A DNA stretch of 63,967 nucleotides, counting the filler, from Collodictyon triciliatum (taxonomy: Eukaryota): NCBI GenBank assembly GCA_043381765.1. It is 5 parts of 5 records of this genome, joined end to end, with 100 filler letters (N's around TTAATTAATTAA, not from the genome) between each part and the next. Parts side by side here need not be neighbours in the genome. Positions count along the whole stretch, not along the records: positions 14,510 to 28,917 come from JBHJMP010001821.1; positions 29,018 to 43,423 come from JBHJMP010001822.1; 3 more parts are not named here. One strand, 5' to 3'. Numbering within the stretch: position 1 is the stretch's first letter; each line of letters opens with the position of its first letter. The notes below the pieces were generated by a model. It was given only the letters and a program-made list of their open reading frames with translations. It was not told where the DNA came from and did no database searches. The position numbers and the translations under genes are program-made. Below are positions 24,801 through 34,662 of the stretch, piece by piece.

Positions 24801-25553
24801 TACGAAAAGGCAGCATAGTTTTTTGACTTTTTTTTTTAAAAAAAAGAGGCATACAAGCATGAAAGGGAGGAAGGGAGGAAGGAAGGAATGGAGGAAAGAA
24901 AATCATATGAAGCTACATTACTTGCGTAATTGCTGTTGCAATATTTGATCTGATTAAATCCTGTTTCTGGAGCTCTGCATCGAGTAATCTTTTTTGAATG
25001 GCGAGCTGGCTACTCATGGTAAACAACTGCACTCTTAGGCTTGATATTTTCTAGACGATAACAAACTAAAATAAGATAAACACCCAAACAAGGCTAGCAA
25101 ACCAAAGCCAACATCTTCACCATCATGCACAAAATTGAAAGGAAAAAATAAAAAAAAATAAAAAAAAAAAACACCCAAACATCCATAAAGATACATTCAA
25201 AGTATTTTGAATGATCAAAAGCTAAATCATATGCAGAAGACACCCACTTCATCCTTCAATATAAGTTGGGAATTCAAATCCTTGTTCTCCAAGACTGCCT
25301 TCTGATACAAATAGAACTGCTCTTCAATAGATAACGCCTGGAACTCCTCTAACGATTCAACACTAGAACAAGATATATGTGACTTGAATCCATTTTATAT
25401 GCTCACATCCCCAACAAAAACGGTAGAGGATACAGCGAACGGTAGTGCAGTGGGAAGGAAAAGGCCAGCAGCGCGCAAAGCCTCCAATGCTAAGCTCTGA
25501 TTGGTGGCCTACCTCATCTCTGGGGCATCGTCTTTTCCAGATGACTCGCCCAT
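18888..25553 (-). CDS. Class I 3',5'-cyclic nucleotide phosphodiesterase (many small exons; both ends approximate)
   Basis: Spliced catalytic motifs [89 protein letters not shown] and [13 protein letters not shown] at ~21400-23200. Confidence 0.9.
18892..18981. repeat. 9-bp tandem repeat (AAAGAAACA)n, about 10 copies
   Basis: Directly visible; it explains the spurious (KET)n/(LFL)n ORFs. Confidence 0.95.
19787..19810 (+). mobile_element. Probable family B retroposon stub (tttgaatcgaataaag + A-run); no TSD recognised
   Basis: 16-nt identity to the TSD-flanked insert at 20903-20927. Lies in a PDE intron. Confidence 0.55.
20335..20376 (+). mobile_element. Family A LINE 3'-end stub; 13-14 bp TSD ggttaaaa(a)taaat (20321-20334 / 20377-20389)
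   Basis: Insert gccatcatccccaccgtcctgcacaaaattgaaagaaaaaaa. The two TSD copies differ by one A. Lies in a PDE intron. Confidence 0.85.
20903..20927 (+). mobile_element. Family B retroposon 3' stub; 18-bp TSD aactatctttcatctcaa (20885-20902 / 20928-20945)
   Basis: Insert ctttgaatcgaataaagg + A-tail between exact direct repeats. Lies in a PDE intron. Confidence 0.85.
25091..25168 (+). mobile_element. Family A LINE 3'-end stub including the ORF2 stop codon; 13-bp TSD aaacacccaaaca (25078-25090 / 25169-25181)
   Basis: Insert aggctagcaaaccaaagccaacatcttcaccatcatgcacaaaattgaaagg + long A tail. The ggcTAG corresponds to the last codon and stop of the ORF2 at 33170. Confidence 0.92.
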
Positions 25554-25946
25554 ATTCGAAGACTTGTATATCCTCGCAAGCATCCTCGGTATCGCTAAAG
25601 AAAAGGAAGGGTCAACCACGAGCCAGGAAATCCCAAAGGGAGCTCGTACTGACGAAGGCTGGTGGCTGGCGGGTCTCCTAATTCGCCAAACAACTCCATC
25701 TTGCTTTGCACTCGAACGTGGAAGAGTGGAGCAAGAAAAGCGAGAACAGCAGAGAACGTATACCTTTGGTTCTGCTGGGCATGTGTGGCAGAACCTCAGC
25801 GCGTAGCACTCTCGGCTACCGTACGCGTTGCCATATTTTTTTAAAAAAAAAAAAAACTTTGCACCAGCAAAGAAAAAACGAAAAACCAAGCAGCATACAG
25901 ATTATAATAATTATATTTATATAATTGACCCATGAAATCAAGAAGA

Positions 25947-26020
25947 GGTTTTGTGGTGTAGTTGGCTATCACATCCGCTTGACATGCGGGAGGTCCTCAG
26001 TTCGATCCTGGGCAAAACCA
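25947..26020 (+). tRNA. tRNA-Val, anticodon GAC (25981-25983), no intron
   Basis: Cloverleaf: acceptor GGTTTTG/CAAAACC, D arm GTG..CAC, anticodon stem TCCGC/GCGGG with loop TT-GAC-AT, T arm CTCAG-TTCGATC-CTGGG, discriminator A. Followed by a T6 Pol III terminator. Confidence 0.93.
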
Positions 26021-26333
26021 CTCTTTTTTGCCATCGTGCCCTTCCTGTCCTTCTGCTTATGCGTGCTTTTTTTTTTTAAACTAGTCTTTACTTCTCTTTT
26101 ATTTTATTTGCTGAGTATGTTTGGTGGAGGTGGTTTTCCTTTTCTATGGCGCAGAAGCCCTCACATCAACCCAGCAACCACAGCCATTGAAGGCTGGCCA
26201 AGTGTGCTCCTTGACCAGAAGCTCCTTTAAAAGCTGCTTCAAGAAAAGTGTGCGAAGCAGGAGCAGAGTGGATAAGGGTCTTGCGGGAGCTGTTCACACA
26301 TCCCTTGAATACTGACATAGTCGCTCTGTTCTG

Positions 26334-26467
26334 ATGCTTCGCTCAATATACCCTGTCAGACCGTTTCTGACTCGAGCGCTGATGTCGTGGACTCCAGTTC
26401 AACAAGAAGCACCAGGTCTGTTTATTACTGCAATATCTTTTATTTATTCGTCTATTTGTCTATTTGT

Positions 26468-26526
<59 letters not shown>

Positions 26527-28832
26527 TTCCTATTATTACCAAAATTTCTTTCTTATATTTAACCTGTACATCCTAAATAATTATTACAACAATAATAATA
26601 TATACAAATGTCCTTTTTTTTTCTATTTGCGGACTCATGCTGGGTGGTACGCGAAGGTGATGTTTGCCAGGGCTTTTGGGTAAAAAGTTCCTCAGACTCC
26701 TTGAGTTTGTCAGTAAAGCTTTGGAAATCCGAGCAGTTGGCGCAGCAGCCAAAGAACATGCTTGTCATGATCCATGCAACAGGTTTCATTTCCATTTGTT
26801 TAGTATCCACTGTATTTATTTTTCGTTCTTACAATCCTGGTATATTTTTTGCATAAATTATGGTTAGGCTTTTGCAAAGAGCAGTGGGTTCCAGTGATAA
26901 AATACATGAGAGCACATGGCGTATGTATAATATAATTTCTAGGATAAATACCTCCAAACGATCTTAATCAACTGTTTAATTCCTTGAATACGGAATCAAT
27001 TGCATCTTCTTTCTTTTTTTTTTTTTTCGTTTTTTTTTTATCAGATGCACGACCCGATTGTTGCATTCGATGTTGTGTGTCACGGAGACTCAGACACTCG
27101 TCCTGGAAAACTTGACTGGAACCAATTCGCTCAAGTATTTCCTTTCATTTGTCGTCCCTTTTATCTGTGTATAAGAAAATGATATATCTTTTCTGTTCAA
27201 TTTTTTCAATTCCATAAAACTACTTCTTAAGGAGTAAACCTGAATACTTGGACTTCATTGTTCCATTTCATAGTGTGATTGATTTACATCCCCTTAAAAA
27301 AAAAAATAGCTAACATTACATATATTCTCCATAGGATTCCATTGATGTTATCAAATATATGAAACCTAAAGTTGCTGGTCCTGGTGAACCAATGAACGTT
27401 TTCTTAATGGGTCATTCGATGGGAGGAGCTATTTGTACTCTAGTTGATGTAACAGTTTAAAAATTCTCTTTAATTTATATGAATATGTAGCGTGCTAATT
27501 TATAACTGATTTGATTTTTTTAAAAATGCATTTAAATTACCTCTTGATTTTCTTATATTTTCATACAAACATACTTAACAAAGTATTACAATTTAGCGCC
27601 TCGACCCAACAGTGATATCTAAAATGTTTTTGATAGAACCTATTATACTACCGGCACCAAACAATAGGTTTCTGCAACAAAAAATAATAATAATAATCAT
27701 AATTTCTACAAATATCTCTTACAGTCCTTTTTAGTTTTAAATCATCTGATTTATTCAATCTAAATATACAGAAATGAGGATTTTTTCCTTGCAAAAATGG
27801 CCCTCAAAAGACAAGCCACCTTTCCCAGCTACCAAGCTATGTATGAAAGGTTTCGGGTAAATACTCCGTTTAACTATGCCTTTATTGAATCAAATTCATT
27901 TGGTTTCATCGGTTAGAGCTCTTGTAACTGCCGTACTATTAGTTGATTAGATGAATTATTCCCGGTTTGATTTGCATCTGAGCAATCTAATTGAGTTTAA
28001 TTTGGAAAAAGTGAAGTTGTCTAAACTGCCGTCATAAATAACTTTTAGTCGAAGCCTCCTTTTATCACTTTTGATGATGAAGCCCTCCGTTGTTATATTC
28101 AGAACGGAGCCAGAGAGGTTACAATATATAAGAAAAACATATACCTTCATTTTGTATAACATCATCATTTTGCTATAATTCTATTGCCACATCTTATTTG
28201 CAAAACTTTTTTTTTTCCTTTATTCGAAATCTTATTTGCAAAACTTAAACACCTTGATTATCATTGATTTAAAATTTAAAAATTGAAGGCTGCCGATGGA
28301 AAATCAGTCACCCTCAAATGCACCCCCGAGCGAGAAAGCGAGTTTTATTGCACTGGTATACTTGCTCACACTCTCTACATGTTTTGGTGTTTTGATTGTT
28401 TTGATTGTTAGTTTTTTTTGGCATATACTTTATTTTTTCCTTGATTTTCTCCATCTTCTGAGCTCAATTTGAGCTCTTAACACCTTATAGGCTCATCCCA
28501 CGACATGATTTTGTATCTGGAAAAATCAAAGACCCCAACGATGTTTTCTGGCGGAGAGGTTATTTGTTATACCATACGCCGTAGTCTATTTATTTGTTTG
28601 TTTACTATAATCGACTTTGAGCAACTTCAAATCCACTTTTTTTCGAAAGTTTTATTCGCCAAATGTTAAAGCCACTCCCGGTTAGAAGCTTAACATGGTG
28701 CTTCTCATTTAGAAAACCGACACCTACCCGATGGAATATCTGCAAAGTCTCCAATCCAGGTGGGGCGGCCCTTCTTCCATGTTTGTCTTCCCAGGAGCGT
28801 CTCATTTTGTTCCAATGGAGCAGCCTCAACGG
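26334..28832 (+). CDS. Alpha/beta hydrolase (Abhydrolase_6-like), multi-exon; last exon lost at the gap
   Basis: Spliced motifs LVMIHATGFCKEQWVP, VAFDVVCHGDS, FLMGHSMGGAI (nucleophile elbow), MFLIEPII, VTLKCTPERE and FPGASHFVPMEQPQR (catalytic His). Confidence 0.9.
26467..26528. repeat. (TTTA)n microsatellite, intronic
   Basis: Directly visible. Confidence 0.95.
28209..28228 (-). mobile_element. Family B retroposon 3' stub; 18-bp TSD atcttatttgcaaaactt (28191-28208 / 28229-28246)
   Basis: The minus strand reads ttcgaataaagg + A-tail between exact direct repeats. Lies in a hydrolase intron. Confidence 0.85.
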
Positions 28833-29017
28833 GTATGACTGCCTTGAAAGCTTATATGTTTACCCCCCCCCCCCCCCCCAAAAAAAAAAATAAAAATGTT
28901 AGTTATTTTTTTTTAAANNNNNNNNNNNNNNNNNNNNNNNNNNNNNNNNNNNNNNNNNNNNTTAATTAATTAANNNNNNNNNNNNNNNNNNNNNNNNNNN
29001 NNNNNNNNNNNNNNNNN

Positions 29018-30170
29018 AAGAGCAGTGTTTAGGGCCTCTTTTCTTTTTTGGGGGTCGTTAATCCCCCTAACGTTCCACGACAGAACGTTAAAACGCATGA
29101 ATAATCTATTGGCTTTTGGAGGCCGTAGCCTCCGGTGATTGGCCCTCTCCGCTGGAGCTGGGTTGCTCAGAGTGGGATGGTTTACTCGAGTTATCTTTAA
29201 TTTGGCCGGTGTTATAATTGCTCGCGGTTCGGCCAGGATTTGTCGGATGGTCTTGGGCTTTTGGGCTGCAACCCCTTTGTAGCTGGTGTGTTGGGAGATG
29301 CACTCTGTCGGTCACTAGAAACCCTCGGTTCCAATTTTTCTCCCTCATCCACGCGGTGGGCAAGGCTACCCATGTTTCCACTTTCATTTTGATATGCTTT
29401 CTGGTTCGCTATATTCGGTGGTGTACTTGACTGATTCATTCTCTTTTCATCGGGCGAGGCTTTATCTTCGACGTTTTCGGTTTTTTTTTTGTGCGCCGGT
29501 GATTGCAGGATGAGTAACCGGTGTTTTATATTCATCTACGTTTCTTTTTCTTGGATAGGAAGCCGTTTCTCGCTGGGGAGTCGGAAGAGTTTCGACAGTA
29601 GGTCTGGTCCCATAAACAGTACTTGAGGAGTAATTTGTCGTTCTCGAAGCTTCAAGGTGCTCACTTTCTTCTTCAGCAGAACCTTCTATGACGACGACAG
29701 GTTGGATGGACTGTTGTTCTTCCAATTCCGAATCTAGGACGTTGCTTCTTATCGATTACACAGTACTTGCTGAAGAAAGAGTCTCTTGTGTGGTTCCAGG
29801 AGTCATGACCTCTAAGGAGGCTAGTGGATGTGGTTTGCTGGGTGCCATTATGCTGTTTCCCGATTCTGTTACCGAGTTGGCTTGGGTTTCCCTTTCCTCG
29901 GAATCCTCTTCATGGTTTAAAGGAGAGCTTGGTGAGATATTATCGGCTTGAGGAGGTTGGAAATCTTGGAGGTTATTGATGTTTCCTCCACATCCTTGAA
30001 GCCATTTCACGATTTCTACTGCTTCCTCTGTGTTCAATGGTGAACTTGATGCACTTTCGGGAAAATCGCCTGGTGTTTCGTCCATCATTTCGCTATCCAT
30101 TTCTTGATTTTGGGGCCGCTCTTGAACCTTTGTCTTGATTGAGACTTCGAGCACTTTGTCTGCGGGTTTC
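29018..30170 (-). mobile_element. Decayed L1/Tx1-like non-LTR retrotransposon: ORF1 C-terminal part and start of the ORF2 APE endonuclease
   Basis: ATG at 29098 reads MRFNVLSWNVRGINDPQKRKEALNTAL into the gap, which is APE endonuclease motif I (SWNVRG). Upstream by 7 nt, a low-complexity frame ends (TAG 29108-29106); it is broken by an in-frame TAA (29758-29756) and two frameshifts. Confidence 0.85.
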
Positions 30171-30375
30171 TAGTCACGCTTGATTGCCATACAACGGCAG
30201 AAAACGATGAAAGGGCAGAAGAGAAGTTCCGAAGAAGACCGCCGTTCCCTTATTCCTGCGTCATGTGTTGCATATGTGGAATTTACATTATTTACAATTT
30301 TGGCTCTAATTATTCACGTCCTCAACAATTTATGCAATCATGGAATATTTCAGTTTATAACTTGTATTTCTGTTG

Positions 30376-30423
30376 CCAACACCTCCACTATCCTGCGCAA
30401 AATTGAATGGAAGGATAAAAAAA
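30376..30423 (+). mobile_element. Family A LINE 3'-end stub; 17-bp TSD aacttgtatttctgttg (30359-30375 / 30424-30440)
   Basis: Insert (g)ccaacacctccactatcctgcgcaaaattgaatggaaggat + A tail between exact direct repeats. Confidence 0.9.
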
Positions 30424-30899
30424 AACTTGTATTTCTGTTGATTTCAGTAAGGATGAAAATAATAACCTTCAAACAAGCCTCTGCTCAGCTATAAAACGAA
30501 CACAAATGACGCACACAAACCCACACACGTCATGTGTGAGAAATGAAAAATGAAAACACTATTCATTCCTTGACAGGTGTAAATCCAACGGTTAATGAGC
30601 ATTGTCCAAAAGCATTCTTCAGCCGAAGCAACTGCAAAAGCGAGCCTTTTCCTTCTCATAAAGGATATGTGACTCACTCGCAACATGGTCATTAGTCTGC
30701 CTTCTCACAGCCTCTCTATTTTCCTTCCTTCGAGTATTCCTCCTGATCCATTTTCGAAGCCCAATCACAGAACAATATGTCTGATGTAGCTCACCAACAC
30801 ACAAACTAGACCACTTGTCCTCGCAGAGAATGTCTGTGGGAAACAAAGCGTCCAACGAGCAACGAGCAACTGTCACCTGAATAGATTGCGCCTTTGGAT

Positions 30900-32230
30900 G
30901 AGCTCCGAAAAATAGTCGGGCTCGAAGCGTCTCCTCGTTAAAAAGCTCCACGAAACTAATTCTCTCATCCAAAGGGCTTGCAGCTGTGCCCAGTGGTGTT
31001 TTCTTGTTGGATCGCGTGAAATCCATGTGGATCAATGGCAACCAGTTGTCGTCACTGCCGCCAGAGATATCGCGTTTGACTGGTCTTCAATTTCTTAGTG
31101 TCTTTAACAATCCGGTATGCTTTTATTTATTTGTATTCTATTTTTATCTTGTTTACTTAAAAATTGACTGACAACGATGCATATAAAGATGGAGGCGCTT
31201 CCATCCTAAATCACAGCACTCACGAATCTGATTAGTCTTAGTGTCAAAATTTATGGAACACAAACTATTAAAATAGCACCGCGCGGTATCACAAATCTTC
31301 CTGTGTGGAACAACACACAAGACTATGATTATAAAAACATCTGTGCCCTGCGGCTGTACGACCCTGTAAGCCCCGAAAACATTCAAAAGTTTTATCTGAG
31401 TGGAATTGTAATATAGAACCTAGATAATAAGGCGCCTTCAGGTTGACACCTCGACCGATACTGCAACTGAAACCATTTAAGCCAAGGAAGCTTCCAATGC
31501 TACATGAATGGATAAATAAATTAATAAAAATATAAAGTTGATGAATGCTGTTGGGGTGCAACAGCATGTGAACACTTACATTCATCTTTTTCTAAATATT
31601 CTATTGCAATACAAAAAGGCCATCATCATATAGCAAAATAACGCATTTCCCAGCCCCTAGTCACATGTAAGTGCGTAGACCTTCTAAGCACACATTCTAA
31701 GAAGTGAAAAAGCACAATGGACCAAGAACTTTCATCATTCTTCAAAAAGTACAATGCGTTAGGAAACAACATGAAAATCGAGTACGGGCTACATATCATT
31801 TAGAGCCTTGTCCATCCCCATACAAGGTTGAATACCATCCCGCACCTCGAATTAAAGACTAACAGTTTTCTGCTCGTAAGCAGCATTGATACACTGACCG
31901 GCTGTAGGCTTTTGAAGGGTGGCTTGTTTGTCAAATCAATGAGCGACCTCAAAAGCTCTAAGAACTGGTAGACATCCGAGGTGTTTGAAATACGTTATGA
32001 AACATTAATGAATGGCATCTTGTGCAAATGGTGATCTGGTCTTTGCTAAGTAGTGAATATATGAAATAATGTGTGAATGATATGAAGGCCAGAACGAGGG
32101 TAGTGAGTTATAAGAACTTGCTTTCTCCGTAATCTATTCTTATAAGCTTGCTTCTCTGATTCACATACTCTGGCAAAATATAACCATTATCCCAATCATT
32201 TCCAATCGGTCGAAGCTAAGTTTGAGCTTA
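30900..32230 (+). pseudogene. Decayed LRR + TKL-type protein kinase gene
   Basis: LRR exon TKLILSSKGLAAVPSGVFLLDRVKSMWINGNQLSSLPPEISRLTGLQFLSVFNNP|gtatgc at ~30950-31114. From 31717 a stop-ridden frame reads IEYGLHII*SLVHPHT..IPHLELKTNSFLL..NW*TSEVF..KW*SG, and later LASLIHILWQN. These resemble kinase subdomains VIa, VIb, VIII, IX and XI. Confidence 0.6.
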
Positions 32231-33120
32231 TGATTGCCAACGCAGCAACACTCCCAGGATACTCATGTGGATAGTCAACGAGTTGAAAAGTGCAGACGTG
32301 CTATCCCACGTAAATTGAATAATATACCTTCGCAATATTGATGCAAACTTGCATCGACAACGAAGTGACACTTGTGAGTTTGAACTGAACGAAGAAAACT
32401 GAATTGAACTTCTTCACGACACTATGGACTCACCCACACCTACAGTGATTGATAATCATGACCCTTCATATTTTCCTTCTCTATATCGATTGATTTTTTT
32501 GGATTTTTTTTGGAGAATCAGCAAGACCTGTAGATTTTTTTTTTGTTTACTATCCTCGTGTTTTACGATCGAAGGATAAATGGGGAAAAAGGCATCATTG
32601 AAATAAACTATCAAAACATCAAATTTTACTTCAGCTCATAAAATGCTAATATTACCTGGTACACCATGTAGATTAAGAAAAGCATATTAACCCTCGAGAC
32701 CGTGCATCTCAGTTTTTATTTTGGATTTAAGGCGATTTCTAATAAACTCAGCTAAATTGCGTTGACTATAATACTGAGTCCTCTATTTGGAAGGGAACTG
32801 ATCATCTACAAAAACTCTTAGACACATCTGTCGGGACAATATGCATGTGTGATTAACAAGTGCACATCTCCTGTGGAAATGATCATTTATCTTAAAGGCG
32901 AGGACAACCAACCACTGGTTTGAGAAATTGAATATACTCGTATACAGAAACAATTTATTGCAATTTAATATATTTATTTGTTATTGAGCTTAGGTATCCC
33001 TAAACCTCAACTTATATGCTAATAAATAATTAGAAATCACTATTTGAGCAACTTCGTATGCTTTTATATATTATTCGGATGTAGAGAGTGCTTTGTTTCC
33101 TGGCTGGTAATTTTTAACTA

Positions 33121-33578
33121 TTTTTTTTTTCAATTTTGTGCATGACTGAGGGATGTTGGCTTTGATTTGCTAGCCAGCGTTTGCATGGACGCCAATTGGT
33201 GGCCGGGTGGTGAAGAAAAAATCGGTAATCAGGAATTGCATCCTGCGGTTTGGCCTGTAGCCTGAGTCTTGTGATTGTGTGAGAGATACAAGGCGAGGTT
33301 TAATATCTTGCTCAGCCTCTTTCCACATGTCTCTTCTCACGGGGTCGGAGTAGTAGAGAACGTGCAGGTGGCGAAGGAAGTTGTTGAGGAAAGAGATTTG
33401 TATGATGCCATCCAGCCTGTTATCAGAAATGGGTGGCTGGTTGTTGAGTCTTGCTTTGCGTGAGTATATGCGCACTATCCACATAGTCCATAGCAAATGG
33501 CCTCGCGTCACTGCCCAGAATGTTTTTGCCTCTCGATGCAGCTGTTGCAGAGGCCAAATATCGCCTGGATTGGGCCAA
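33121..33578 (-). mobile_element. 3' end of an L1/Tx1-like LINE (ORF2 C-terminus, 39-nt 3' UTR, A10 tail); parent of family A stubs; continues into the N gap
   Basis: Open frame from the gap to TAG 33172-33170 containing FWAVTRGHLLWTMWIVR, which resembles the Trp-rich motif at L1/Tx1 ORF2 ends. It is followed by caaatcaaagccaacatccctcagtcatgcacaaaattg(A)10. Confidence 0.8.
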
Positions 33579-34662
33579 NNNNNNNNNNNNNNNNNNNNNN
33601 NNNNNNNNNNNNNNNNNNNNNNNNNNNNNNNNNNNNNNNNNNNNNNNNNNNNNNNNNNNNNNNNNNNNNNNNNNNNNNNNNNNNNNNNNNNNNNNNNNNN
33701 NNNNNNNNNNNNNNNNNNNNNNNNNNNNNNNNNNNNNNNNNNNNNNNNNNNNNNNNNNNNNNNNNNNNNNNNNNNNNNNNNNNNNNNNNNNNNNNNNNNN
33801 NNNNNNNNNNNNNNNNNNNNNNNNNNNNNNNNNNNNNNNNNNNNNNNNNNNNNNNNNNNNNNNNNNNNNNNNNNNNNNNNNNNNNNNNNNNNNNNNNNNN
33901 NNNNCAATAAAAGTATTGATTTAACATTACTTAAATGTCAAGTTACAGCTTGTCAAACTTAGAAAGTCCTACAACTCGAAATCAGATTCCACGAGACAGA
34001 TAAAATACTATTACATTATTGAAAATTAACCCAGTATACAAACTAAATCTCCAACATTTTTAAAGTGAAAATATTCAACAAGCAATCCGATTAAATAATT
34101 ATATCAATAACCCTTTTTATGATAAACACTTCATGATATAATGGAAAATATAACTCAGTAATGTAAATTCTCGGTGATATTTTTTTTTTTTTTTGTGAAA
34201 ATCAGTGTTTTTAACGAATGTAGAAAATAAAAATACACAGCCTTTCAAGATACCACGTGATAAAATTTTTCAATTGTTTTCAAATAAAATTAAAAAATAA
34301 TATCACCTCAAAAATATGAATCATTGCCAAAAACTGTCCATCATTAAGTGGCGACCATCACTTAAATCATGGAAACTGCTCGGGTTCGGTCATTGCCCGG
34401 CAATTAAGGAAACTTGAAAATATTCGAGAAAAGAACCGATTAAACTATCAAGAAATTGATTTATGCTTCTACATTTTTGGTGTTGGTGTTTTAGGTTCGT
34501 TTCGGTTTGTGGTGGGCTAAACGTCAAACCCACACAGAAGCAAGCGAAGATTTTTTTCACACATCCGCTCACAAAACAATCGAAAGAAGACCAAAGAAAG
34601 CGACACCAAAGAAGCACAATAAGTAACTTAACTATCTCGATAACCGGCCATATAGCCCAGAC

